A DNA stretch of 64,000 nt from Piromyces finnis finn (taxonomy: Eukaryota > Fungi > Neocallimastigomycota), in assembly GCA_002104945.1 (NCBI GenBank), contig MCFH01000007.1, positions 620,001-684,000 of the forward strand, in the 5' to 3' direction. Shown here piece by piece: positions 52,968 through 64,000 of the stretch. Both the position numbers and the translations under genes were made by a program. How positions within the stretch are numbered: the stretch's first letter is position 1; every line of letters begins with the position of its first letter. The notes under the pieces were generated by a model. It saw nothing but the letters and a program-made list of their open reading frames with translations, ran no database searches and was not told where the DNA came from.

Positions 52968-53668
52968 TTATTTAGCGGTAAATCCTGCCTTGTATTCAAA
53001 AGTTGTTATTTTCATATCTTTTTATTGCAAAAAAAAAAAAAAAAAACCATGTTTCATGTTCTTTGATATTTCTCTTAAATAATTTAATAGATTATATCTA
53101 TTATTTACATCATTAAATACATTAAAATGCTCTTTATCATTTAAACATAACCTTTTATATCCAATAATAAAAATAAGTTTTTTTTTTTTTTTTCTATTTT
53201 TATTTATTTGCATTTCTTTTAATTCAAGATAATTAGTTTTTTTTTTTTTTTTATTATTATTATTATTCAAACTTTTTCCTTTGTTTTAATGCAGATTTTT
53301 TAATTTACAGTATAATCCTATTTTTGGACTGGATCCACTCCTCCAAAAATCGTACATCTTTTCTAAATTATCAATATATATTTATATTAGATATCTTAAG
53401 AATTAGACCATAAAATATAATATAGGAAAGAATTTTAATTTTATCGTGTATTTTGAAAATTTATAATTGTACCTCATTAAATAAACTTTTATAGCAAATT
53501 AAAAGTTGAATCATTAAAAGGATAAAATGAACTTATTATAGTATTTAAAATTTTACCAGAGGTCATATTTCTTCTGGTCAGAAATTCTGGCTAAATCCTT
53601 CAAAAATCTAGGATAATATAATAAATCATCTTTAAAGTTTAGAGAAAAATTTTTTTGTAATACTTTAC
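52968..53668 (-). pseudogene. Possible small spliced gene or relic of unknown function
   Basis: Exon-like segments 53362-53309 and 53151-53048 join in frame across a GT-AG intron (KDVRFLEEWIQSKNRIIL-LCLNDKEHFNVF...). An upstream segment 53668-53556 does not join cleanly. Confidence 0.3.
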
Positions 53669-53820
53669 CTTTTAAATATGTAAAAATTTTAAAGAAAAAA
53701 TAAAGGAAAAAAAAAAAGAAAAAAAAAAAAGAAACCTTCAAATATAAAAATTATAAAACATATAAAATATTAAAAAAAAAAAAAAGTGATATATACTGTA
53801 GTATATAACAAGTAAAAAAT

Positions 53821-55334
53821 ATGGAATATGAACAATTTAAAGAAATTTTCTTTGAAGAATTAGGGAAAAACGATAAAAATTGTTTAAAATTCTTGAAGAC
53901 AATTTAAAATTAGTTCAATTAAAATTACAAAATCTAGAAAACCCAGTATACATTAATGATTTTGTCGATAATATTAATAAAGCAATTTTAAATGTTCCAT
54001 CAAACAAAAACGACTTTAAATTGTTTGATAAAGTGTTGGATCATTTATATTTTAAAGATAATGATGAGAATAATGCTTTATTTCATTCTGTATAAAATAT
54101 CCAAGTTTTTAAAATTTTACTCAAAGAAAAGTTAGATATCAATCAACAAAATAAGCATAAGGAAACAATACTTATTTATTATTGTAAAAACAATATTAAT
54201 GAAGCAATCTATAATCTGTTATTTAAAAATTCTGATGTGGATTATGATTATAACGCTGTTGATAAGGCAGGAAAAACAGCTCTAATGTATTTATTAGATA
54301 ATGGTAATATAGAGTTAATATATTTTTTTCCTTTATAAAAAGAAGGAAGCTATTTGGACATCCAATGAAAAGGAATTAAATTTCAATAATAAAAGTACTA
54401 ACGAATCCTTAATTTCGATTCTTGTAAAGAAATATCGTGAAATGTATGCAAATCAAAATTTCCAAGAAAACTATAAAAAAAATCATTATGGAGTGAAACC
54501 AGATGATGAAATTTTTGAAATTTTAGAAATTAATAAAAATAAAATTTTCAAAAATGATATTTTAAATAATAATTTTGATATCAATAAAAACCATTTCTTT
54601 AAAAATGATTTTTTGAATGTAAATAAGGATATTTTTTTTTAAAAAGTGATAATAGTTTAGTAGTTCAAAATAAAATGACAATTATAGGAGATAAAAATGG
54701 TTCATATAGAGTAGGTCTTAGAAAATATACTTCCAAAGAAAAATGTACTATTTTTTATGCTCGCATATTATCCATATTATTTACTTATCCTGGATGTAAT
54801 TTAAATTTACCTATTGATGAAGAAGCTAATACCCCTATTATGTTTTTCTTAATGATTAAGGATTATCCAACAGTTAGCTTTTTATTATCGGATTATAAAG
54901 ATCTTGACCTTTCAATAAAAAACAAAAATGGTATTAATGCTTCAATGCTTGTTGTTAACATAAAAGGAGAAGACTTTTTATTACAAGAGTTTATGAAGCA
55001 TAAAACATTTGATTTTGAAGTTTGTGATTCTGAAAATAATAATGCTTTAATTCATAGTGTTATTAATGATAATTATTTAGCTTTTTTTAAATTTGTATCG
55101 GATCATGAAGAATTATTACAACAAGTTAATAATAAAAGTGAAAATGCTATTACTATAGCCGCAAGATTAGGATTTCTTAAACAAATTCCTAAACATATTG
55201 TAAGTAAAGCTGATTTGGATCATCAAGATAATTTAGGAAATACGGCTCTTTATTATGCCATACAATTGAAAAGCTTATATTCCATTAATATATTGGCTTA
55301 TAATCATGCAAATGCTAAAATAAAAAATCAATAA
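53821..55334 (+). pseudogene. Ankyrin-repeat protein pseudogene
   Basis: Ankyrin-like units (INQQNKHKETILIYYCKNN, AVDKAGKTALMYLL, DEEANTPIMFFL, DNLGNTALYYAI). At least three frameshifts (about 53885, 54335, 54640) and an in-frame TAA at 54093-54095. Confidence 0.8.
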
Positions 55335-55369
55335 TATTATTATCATCATTATTATTGTTAATAGTATCT

Positions 55370-56309
55370 AATTTTTGGAAAAAAAAATAAACATTATCAA
55401 AATAGGTTTCCTCAATTTGACTAGTTATAAAATCATCGTCGTTTTCTAATTGAAATCCCTTATTATTTATGGCTATATTTAGTAATAAATTAGCACTTTG
55501 TGACTTTATTAAATAGATTTAAAGACAAACTAGACATATTAGTATCTAAGTCTACGTTAAAATCATTTTCTATATCAAAGTCTGTATATAACTTCTTTTT
55601 ATTACTTGTATTAACACCTGATATAATAATAAATTTGATAATTTTGTTTTTATATGATTATATTTATTGTCTGTATCAACATCTTCATCAGTTAAAGCTT
55701 TTACCATATAACCTAGTATAGATTTGATACAAACATATTCACCTAAATTATTACTATTTACTAAAAATACTCTTAAATTATTTTTGTAATTACTACTACT
55801 TATTGAACTTTTGTAATGAAAAGCAAATGCACTAGTTAAACATTTTATAGCTAAATCTTTATAAAATATTTCACTATTAAAATATGAATCTTTAATGGTA
55901 CTATAATAATTCATCATAGAATCTATATAATTATCATTATTATCGTTATTAATATGTTGATAAGTATTGTCAACAATATGTTCATTTTCGAATTAATTAT
56001 CTATATCATTTTGAAATGAATTATTAACAGATATATTATTATTTTTTTATTATTATCTAGAACTCTGATGCATTGTTCTAATTTTCTTATTGATATTATT
56101 AATTTTGTAACTTTGTTGTTATTATCCTTTATTACAACGGAATCGGGTGAAAGAGTAATGCCATTTTCAATCTAATTATCTAATGCAAATTTAGAATTTA
56201 ATTTATATAGACTGTCTTCATAATATTTTGTACATGGAAAATCTAGCAACTCTAACCGACCAGTTCCATCATAATTAGCATATAATCAGGAATAAATTAT
56301 TATTTTCAT
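55370..56309 (-). pseudogene. Decayed intronless ORF of unknown function
   Basis: ATG at 56309 (MKIIIYS*LYANYDGTGRLELLDFPCTKYYEDS...). Continues through point stops and frameshifts into ORF 55917-55570 and beyond. Confidence 0.5.
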
Positions 56310-56357
56310 TTTTAATAAATTTATTTAACTATATTGTTTTTTTTATAATTTAAAAAC

Positions 56358-57698
56358 TTAATGTTTTTTAGGAGTATATAATTTAATAAATTTATATAAA
56401 TTATATTTCTGTAATAAAGAAATATAAAAGTTGTATTCTTCAACATGCTCCTTAGTAATTAATAAATTTAGTGTTGGAATAAAAATATTATGTATAAGTA
56501 ATAATCTATTACATCCTGCCCCATAAGATAATATAAATAAATAATAAGACTTTAATAAAGATTCAAGTAAATTGTAATTGTGTGAAATAAGTAGTCTATA
56601 TTGCAAAATGTCAATAAAATTACAAGTAATAAGTTCAAAAACAACTTTCAAATTAACAGTATCTTTAAAATCTTCACTTTGATAAATACTCTCATTTTCA
56701 TAAAAGTAATCGAATGTGTTAAAGCCGTTTTTTATTTTATATTTATTTAGATCCAATAAACCATGTAAAAAAAAGATTTCTTTGCTATAATATTTATAAT
56801 GTTCTTTGATATTAATATAATGAAATATATCTTTATTTAATAATATTTCATCAAATACAAAAGAAATACAAATAAACATATTTGATATATAATTTTCATA
56901 TAATATGTTAGCTGAAAAGTTATTATCAATATCATTTCTAAAGTATAAAGTAGAAGTATTATTATTAGTATTATTATTACTATTCATTATTATTTTTTCT
57001 ACATCGACCAGATTATAAACGTGCTGAATAATTTCTTTATTTGAAAACATATAATTTTTTTTTTTTTTATAAGGAATATCAAAATTACTTATACCCAAAA
57101 ATCTGTAATTGAAACAAATATCGGTTAATGAATTAGTAACACAATATTTATATTCATATATACTCTAAATTAATTGATAATCACATGGAATACAATATAC
57201 AAATTTAGGCAAGATGTGATACTTATCATAATATAATTTTAATACTAATTTATCAACCAATAAAGGCCTTCTAATTTCTTTATTATATATTACTGAATAA
57301 TAAAAAATATAAGTATTTATAATTTCATATATATATGTCGATATTCCATACTTTTCATTCAATTTTAAAAATCTATATACAGTATATGTTGTATATTTTC
57401 TACTATATAAATTATAATTTATAAATTCAATATTAATATTGGTATTTTTATAAAGATACAGTTTATCGAAATAAACTAAATTTCTAATAACATTTACACA
57501 GAATGATTTTACACCATTAATTAAATAATTTTTAAAATTATTAGACTTTTCCTTTTCCTTTAAATTATCTAAAAAATAATAATTAATAGAATCGTTAACT
57601 ATACCATCATCTATATTATTAAATAAACAAAGAAAATATATATTATGTGAATATTGATAGATAAGATTTGAAATTTCAAATGGTAAGTATAATTTCAT
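56358..57698 (-). pseudogene. F-box-like, intronless N/Y/I-rich ORF (~446 codons) with one internal TAG
   Basis: N-terminal LPFEISNLIYQYS resembles an F-box. ORFs 57698-57165 and 57098-56358 are in the same frame, separated only by TAG at 57167-57165 and 22 sense codons. Confidence 0.6.
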
Positions 57699-58274
57699 TT
57701 AAAATATAAATTATAAAAATCAAATATAATTTTATATGATTGTTATTTTTTTATATTGTATTTATATTTATACTATTAAGAGTTGTTTAATTTAGGTTTA
57801 TAATTATGTCAACTTTATTAATATATTTTATGATAAATTATTTATACATTTACATTTTGGCTTAAACATATAATCAAATACAATATATACAAATACGTTT
57901 TAATACATTTCAATACATTTCAATACATGTGACATAACGTTTCACATATTCTAACATATACATTTGCATTGTAGCTTAAATATATTATACAATACATATA
58001 AATACGTTTCAATACATTTGTCATACATTTATATATTCTACAAATTTATATGCCTTTTTTTAACACTAACAAGTACATTTCTTCCATCGATCAGAATAAG
58101 CCAATGGTAATTCTTAGAGAAATGTTGGCTCCTTTGCATGTCATTTTGAATTTTCAGCTTCGACACTCACTTAATTCATGTACACTAAATGTAAATCGTT
58201 GTACGATATTTCCAACCACAGTGACAGTGCTAATCTTCATATTAATTTGAAATGATCCATTCACACTTCAACAC

Positions 58275-58698
58275 AGGGTATGAAATAATATAATTTGAAT
58301 TTTTCCACTTGTTAAAACATCTAACCTGAGCTAATGCACATCTGGCTGACAATGGAGGAACATTCAAATCTTTTGAAATAGAGTATAGAGATATAAACGA
58401 TAGAGCTTTATGAACTCCTACAATCTACCGTGTTCCCTTGTTAACATGCTTCTGAGCAATCCTAGACCTAGTTTTGTTGGATTCAAATAATAGTGCAAAG
58501 TATAAAACTCTGCTGATCACTTGTGAGTTTAGTGCTATCTTTTTGAAAGGAATAGGAATATTAGGATTTCTTAAGAATTTACTGACTGAATAAAGTCCTT
58601 TCAAAACCTTACTATTAAAAGCTTTAATAATTGGTTTAAGGGACAAATTCTTATCAAATGAAACACCAAGATAAATGTAGCAATCAGTAGTTGGAATG

Positions 58699-58704
<6 letters not shown>
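58275..58704 (-). mobile_element. Older, diverged LINE fragment (left part), split by copy C
   Basis: RT C-terminal homology with many substitutions; ends at TTGGAATGGG just before the copy C T-tail. Confidence 0.88.
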
Positions 58705-58744
<40 letters not shown>

Positions 58745-61700
58745 GGCATCAAATATTTTAAACTTTATTATTAATTTAATTAAAATTATAATACATGTAA
58801 TATAAAAATTAAAATAAAATAAAAATAAAAAAAAATATGTTTAAATAAACACAGATGAATAAAAATTGGGTATAATGTATTCTAGTAATTTTAATTAAAG
58901 TAAGAAAGCCACTATCATACTAAAGTATAATAATTGTATTTGACTTCCAATGGGACACCGAGCCAAAGATCAAAATTTTGTCATGGAACAAAATTATGAT
59001 CTCCATTGGTTGCGCTGGCCCTCCTGGCCTGTCTTACTGTTTCTTCAGCATTGACGCTCTTGGATGTTGCTTCAAACCTTTTGAACATTGACCATTGCTG
59101 GCCAATAGCAAAAGGCATGATTTTGGTTAGAAGTTCCGCGGTTACCGTCAAGAATGGTGTTCCTTCGTTAGTACCAGATTGAATCTGACGCTTACAAAGT
59201 TCTTTCCATTCCCTTGAATTGTAATTAATATTGTTAAAACTTCTTCCCCCAAGAAGGAATTTAAATATTTTACTGCACACACTAGAATAATCATACACAT
59301 TAATATTCACCGGATTATTAGAACTATTACTATCATTAACTAAATTACTATCTAAATTAGAATTATTATCTTCACTATTGCTATCATTACTAATATTATT
59401 ATTTCTATTATTGTTATTATTACTATTGTTACTATTACTATTGTTATTACTACTATTGTTACTATTACTATTAATGTTATTACTATCTCTACTGATATTA
59501 TCAATTTCATTATTATTGATAGGACTATTGGAATTACGTTGACTGAAAAAATTTAATAGCTGGACTATGGAATCATAATGTTTAATACGGATATCTCTAA
59601 ATGTTGGACAATCTAATAACCAATGTTTAATACTTTGATCTCCACACTTGCAACATGGACAGTAGTTAGGACAAACTGGATCAACAAATTTAGCAGCTTT
59701 GGCAACTCTAGCATCCAACTTGTATCCGCTTCTTGCTTTCAATAGCCAGTAGAAGCCATAGGCAAACTCTGGGTACTCATAACATAATTTAATAAAATCT
59801 TTAGTTTCAATAAATTTATTATCATCATAATATTGCGCTTTGATTGAATTCCCTTTGAGATCCTTCCAATAAAAGTTTTTAACTGCTTTAACATCTCCAT
59901 GTTTCTTTAATTTTTTATCAAGTGTCCTACTTGATTTGCACCACGTGTATTTTCTAAATTTAGGAATGTAATTGACAAGGTGTGAGATAATACAATTTGA
60001 GTCTTTCCATTTGTTAAAACATCTAACCTGAGCTAATGCACATTTGGCTGACAATGGAGGAATATTCAAATCTTTTGAAATAGAGTATAAAGATATAAAC
60101 GATACAGCTTTATGAACTCCGGCAACCCATCGTATTCCTTTGTTAAAATGCTTCTGAGCAATCCTAGACCTAGCTTTGTTGGATCCAAGTAATGGTGCAA
60201 AATATGAAACTCTGCTAATCACTTGTGAGTTAAGTACTAGCTTTTTGAAAGGAATAGGAATATTAGGATTTCTTAAGAATTTACTGACTGAGAAAAGCCC
60301 TTTCAAAACCTTGTTATTAAGAGCTTTAATTACTGGTTTAAGGGACAAATTCTTATCAAATGGAACACCAAGATAAGTATAGCAATCAGTAGTTGGAATG
60401 GGTTGTCCTGCTAAGTAAAATGTTGGATCTCTCTTGTTCTGATTTTCTATTGATTCAGGACGAATCACCATCGTTGAACATTTCTGGATACCAAATTCCA
60501 TTTCATTATACAAGGTCCATTCATTAACTCTTCTAAGCATCTTTTTTAAGTATCCTCTTGTTGGAGCACAAATAACTATATCATCTGCAAAAAGTCCACC
60601 ACAGCATCGAGTGTCACCTAAACTGACTCCGAGATCTTCACACTCTTTAAATATATCATTAATAAAGAGATTAAAGAGAATAGGAGAAAGTGGGCATCCT
60701 TGACGGACTCCTTTCTTCACATCAAAAGATTTCGAGAATTGTCCATCTAATTTGACATTAGCCTTAGATGTTAAATATAAATTTTTGATAAATTGTAAAC
60801 TCTTACCTCGGATTCCTAAACAATCTAATTTATGGAGAATATTACCGATTGGGTCTGAATCGTATGCTTTCCTGAGATCTAAAAAGGCCAAATATGTCTC
60901 TTTATTATCTAATTGACGTCTACGGCATATTTCTTGGATTGAAATGAAAAGACTGATACTTTCTTCCTTTTTTCGAAAACCAAATTGTTCAGGTCTAATG
61001 AAATTATTCTTTAAACCATATTCTGAAATTCTAGTTGTGACAATTTCGGAAATCAACTTAATACCATTATTGATAAGTGATATACCTCGATAGTTATCAC
61101 AATCTGTCAAATCTCCCTTCTTAGGAATAGAAACAATACTGGATTCATTCCATGAATTGGGGAAGTCTCCATCCCAAATACGGTTGAATAATTTAAGAAT
61201 AAAATTTAAACCATGAGCATCATTATCTGAAGTAGTATTACCGGAAGAATTATTATCTGTAGCATTATTAGAATCATTACTTGATGGAATTAATGCTTTG
61301 TAAAATTCAATTGGAATACCATCCGGACCTGATGCTTTATAATTTGGAGTAGAGAGGATAGCTGACTTGACTTCATCAATACTAATATCTTGGTTGATAT
61401 CCCATTCATCAAGCATAGGAAGTGAAAAACGTTTATTCATTGGTTCTTCATACCAATGCTCCAAATCAAGACTTACACCACTTGGATCTGATGCAAGATT
61501 TTCGAAATGATCATGCCACACATCTAGTTGTTCTTCCGTAGCAACAACTAATTCTCCATTTTTATATTTAATTGGTTGAGCAATAAAGAAAGAATCTTTT
61601 CCAATTTTTGCAGTTTTCTTGATCCATTTCCAGGCCTTCTTAGGATTATGACTCTTCATATACTCACATCCTGTTTTAATCCAATGAAGATATTCTTGTT

Positions 61701-61955
61701 TCCTAAATTCATTACATCTTTTGTGGATGTAATCAATGAGCTTACGGTAGATTTTAATTCTTTTAATAAATTCATCTATATCATAAATTCTTTCTTTTTT
61801 AAATCTCTTATACAACTTCATTTTGATTTTTTGAAGATTAAAAATTTGTTGTGAAATATGAAATGAAGACTTTATAACATTATTAGCTGAGGTAATACTG
61901 AGCTCGTCTGCAATTGAAAAAGCAGTTGAAGTAAACTCTTTGGAAAGTAAACTCT
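58701..61955 (-). mobile_element. 5'-truncated LINE, copy C, inserted into an older copy of the same family
   Basis: T41 tail (58701-58741) then AACGGCATCAA. TSD TTGGAATGGG(TTTT) at 58691-58704 and 61956-61969. Truncated in the APE-RT linker. Confidence 0.95.
58981..61821 (-). CDS. Uninterrupted RT + zinc finger part of the LINE ORF (no endonuclease)
   Basis: 946-aa ORF with all RT motifs and the same C-terminus as copies A and B. Confidence 0.9.
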   Translation of the reverse strand: MKLYKRFKKERIYDIDEFIKRIKIYRKLIDYIHKRCNEFRKQEYLHWIKTGCEYMKSHNPKKAWKWIKKTAKIGKDSFFIAQPIKYKNGELVVATEEQLDVWHDHFENLASDPSGVSLDLEHWYEEPMNKRFSLPMLDEWDINQDISIDEVKSAILSTPNYKASGPDGIPIEFYKALIPSSNDSNNATDNNSSGNTTSDNDAHGLNFILKLFNRIWDGDFPNSWNESSIVSIPKKGDLTDCDNYRGISLINNGIKLISEIVTTRISEYGLKNNFIRPEQFGFRKKEESISLFISIQEICRRRQLDNKETYLAFLDLRKAYDSDPIGNILHKLDCLGIRGKSLQFIKNLYLTSKANVKLDGQFSKSFDVKKGVRQGCPLSPILFNLFINDIFKECEDLGVSLGDTRCCGGLFADDIVICAPTRGYLKKMLRRVNEWTLYNEMEFGIQKCSTMVIRPESIENQNKRDPTFYLAGQPIPTTDCYTYLGVPFDKNLSLKPVIKALNNKVLKGLFSVSKFLRNPNIPIPFKKLVLNSQVISRVSYFAPLLGSNKARSRIAQKHFNKGIRWVAGVHKAVSFISLYSISKDLNIPPLSAKCALAQVRCFNKWKDSNCIISHLVNYIPKFRKYTWCKSSRTLDKKLKKHGDVKAVKNFYWKDLKGNSIKAQYYDDNKFIETKDFIKLCYEYPEFAYGFYWLLKARSGYKLDARVAKAAKFVDPVCPNYCPCCKCGDQSIKHWLLDCPTFRDIRIKHYDSIVQLLNFFSQRNSNSPINNNEIDNISRDSNNINSNSNNSSNNNSNSNNSNNNNNRNNNISNDSNSEDNNSNLDSNLVNDSNSSNNPVNINVYDYSSVCSKIFKFLLGGRSFNNINYNSREWKELCKRQIQSGTNEGTPFLTVTAELLTKIMPFAIGQQWSMFKRFEATSKSVNAEETVRQARRASATNGDHNFVP

Positions 61956-62085
61956 TTGGAATGGGTTTTCCTACTAAATAAAATGTTGGATCTTTCTTGT
62001 TCTGATTTCCATACTGATTCAGGACGAATCATCATCGTTGAACATTTCTGGATACCAAATTTCATTTCATTATGCATCGCCCATT
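61956..62085 (-). mobile_element. Older LINE fragment (right part), colinear with 58275-58704
   Basis: TTGGAATGGGTTTTCCTACTAAATAAAATGTTGGATC continues the consensus TTGGAATGGGTTGTCCTGCTAAGTAAAATGTTGGATC. Confidence 0.88.
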
Positions 62086-62358
62086 TACATTATAAAACAT
62101 TATTATAAACATTATTAATTAATAAAATGTATTTTACATAATTTTATCTATTAATTTTAGTAAATACAATTTGTTAACTGTTAATTAAATCTCCATAATG
62201 AAATATTAATAAATTATCATATAAATATAAAGTTAATTATTTAAAAGTAAAATTATAGCAATTATAAATAAAAAAGAAAAACTAATATTTATTGGCAAAA
62301 CTGGAATGCTTTTATTAATTTATCTTTTAATTCTGGCTCATTACCTTCACACTAAAAC

Positions 62359-62530
62359 TGATTTCCAAACGAAAATGAATATTATAATCGGAATTTATTT
62401 CCTTGAAAAATATGTTAAAATAGTATATTCCTAATATTGTTTTAAAACAATGATTTCCAAACGAAAATGAATATTATAATTGGAATTTATTTCCTTGAAA
62501 AGATATGTTTAAGAGTACATTCCTAATATT
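62359..62530. repeat. 92-bp tandem duplication downstream of the GH1 gene
   Basis: TGATTTCCAAACGAAAATGAATATTATAAT.GGAATTTATTTCCTTGAAAA at 62359 and 62451. Confidence 0.9.
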
Positions 62531-63031
62531 TAACACACACATTAATTTCAACACTTCAAATTTTTTTTTAAAATTTTTAATTTTATTAATTTATATAAAT
62601 AAAATAATGATTTAATATAAAAAAGAAAATAAAATGATAGAAAATATTTTTTTTTTTTTTTTATAAAAAAAGTACTTATGATTTTTTAATACCAACATAT
62701 TTTTAAATAATATTCGATAAATATATTTTAAAATGATATTGACTATTATTTTTTTTTATAGTTTTTTTTTTTTAAGTACTTATTATTTTTTTAAATGATA
62801 TTGACTATTATTTTTTTAATTTTTTCTTTTTTTTGATATTAATATTATTTTTTTGATATATAAATTTTAAAACATTTCGAATTTTGATTGATAGTAATTT
62901 TTTTGATATTATTTATTATTATAATTTTTGGAATTTTGGAATTTTTTTTTAATTTTTTTTCTATATTTTTTTGTTTGATTATTTAATAATATTCAATATT
63001 ATTTTATAATATTATTTAAGAATGAAGTCAT

Positions 63032-64000
63032 TTATTCTTGTTCGACGTTTTCAGTGAACCATTCAGCAAGGTATGTAAGAGAATCCTTTGGAATACGAGT
63101 AAGTTCCTTGTCATTGTAGAAGTCAATGTAGGTCATACCGAAACGAGTTTCGTAACCATTTTCCCATTCAAAGTTATCAATTAAAGACCAGGCCATGTAA
63201 CCACGAACATCAACACCATCTTCGACATAGGCAAGACGAAGGTTTTCAAGGTATTGCTTGTACCAGTCAATTCTGTAAGTATCGTGGAGAATGGTTCCTT
63301 CAATGTTGCTTTCATCTTCAATAATAGATTCATCGTAAGCATCAGCATATTCTTCCTTACCAATGGACTTGAAGTAGTCAATGGTAACTTGATCATTGGC
63401 ACGACTAACCTTGTAGTTTGGTTGAGCACAACCATTTTCGGTAATAATGATACCGTTCTTAAGAATGCTCTTGTAACGGTTGTATAACCAGTTAAGACCA
63501 ACACGAATAGTTGGACCATACTTGGTGTTCCATGATGAACCGGCTTGTGAACCAAGAGTTGGTGGAATACAAACCCATCCTGGAGCACGGCCTCTACAGT
63601 TATCATCCCACATATCCTTCTTGGAGTTTTCGTAGCTGGCTTCTTCTTCAGTTGGTGGTTCAATGAGTTTACCATCTTCATCCTTGGCTTGTTCAGCCCA
63701 GTGAGCAGTGTAGGTGTTCCAACCTAAGAAGTCGGATGATGATCCCTTTAAGAGCTTCTTTTCTTCAGCTGTGAAGACTGGCATATCCTTACCCATTCTT
63801 TGCTTGACAGATTCTGGGTAGTCACCAGTCATTGGTGGATCAGAGTACCAACCAATACGGAATTCAGCGGCTAAGTTGGCGTACTTCTTGTTGTTTTCTA
63901 ATTCTTCTGGTGTGGTGTTTTCATCTTCCCATGGAATTTGAGCTTCACCATCAACGGTAATACCAATAAGACCCTTTTGCTTCTTTTGGAACTTCTTACG
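63032..64000 (-). CDS. Glycoside hydrolase family 1 beta-glucosidase, C-terminal 322 aa (5' part outside the window)
   Basis: GLIGITVDG, FRIGWYSDP..GDYPESVK, FLGWNTYT, nucleophile motif IITENG, VRGYMAWSLIDNFEWENGYETRFG. Intronless here, with strong codon bias. Confidence 0.96.
   Translation of the reverse strand, partial: RKKFQKKQKGLIGITVDGEAQIPWEDENTTPEELENNKKYANLAAEFRIGWYSDPPMTGDYPESVKQRMGKDMPVFTAEEKKLLKGSSSDFLGWNTYTAHWAEQAKDEDGKLIEPPTEEEASYENSKKDMWDDNCRGRAPGWVCIPPTLGSQAGSSWNTKYGPTIRVGLNWLYNRYKSILKNGIIITENGCAQPNYKVSRANDQVTIDYFKSIGKEEYADAYDESIIEDESNIEGTILHDTYRIDWYKQYLENLRLAYVEDGVDVRGYMAWSLIDNFEWENGYETRFGMTYIDFYNDKELTRIPKDSLTYLAEWFTENVEQE

Noticed and set aside
53821-57698. RIP-like C-to-T mutation, or a TAA/TAG-reassigned genetic code, as the cause of in-frame stops
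   Set aside because: Only a few point stops, mixed with frameshifts and one TGA. The young multicopy LINEs, which RIP should hit, show no such pattern.
1-64000. tRNA, rRNA, snRNA genes and CRISPR arrays
   Set aside because: None recognised by eye. The only tRNA-related sequence is the copia PBS, and the repeats lack unique spacers.

Overview
Very AT-rich eukaryotic DNA with spliceosomal introns. Base composition, a flagellar gene and an intronless GH1 point to an anaerobic gut fungus (Neocallimastigomycota; inferred). Host genes: HSF1, an ILVBL/HACL2-like TPP enzyme, a SPAG8/FAP143-like axonemal protein, MBF1, a large CREB/ATF-type bZIP factor, a membrane-anchored SET-domain protein ending in KEEL, an OCH1-like GT32 and a GH1 beta-glucosidase that runs off the right edge. 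Mobile DNA: (i) a young single-ORF APE-RT LINE family. It has two near-full-length copies facing tail-to-tail at 1-13.4 kb, two 5'-truncated copies (one nested in an older copy of its own family) and older relics. (ii) A complete Ty1/copia element with identical 235-bp LTRs and a 5-bp TSD. A block of decayed genes lies at 53-57.7 kb. The most unusual signals: an apparently ER-lumenal SET methyltransferase, a copia primer-binding site matching a 5' half of tRNA-Lys(CUU), structured ~123-bp tandem monomers and an RRM-like N-terminus in the LINE, and junction-level retrotransposition and template-switch footprints. All calls are by eye; no searches were run.
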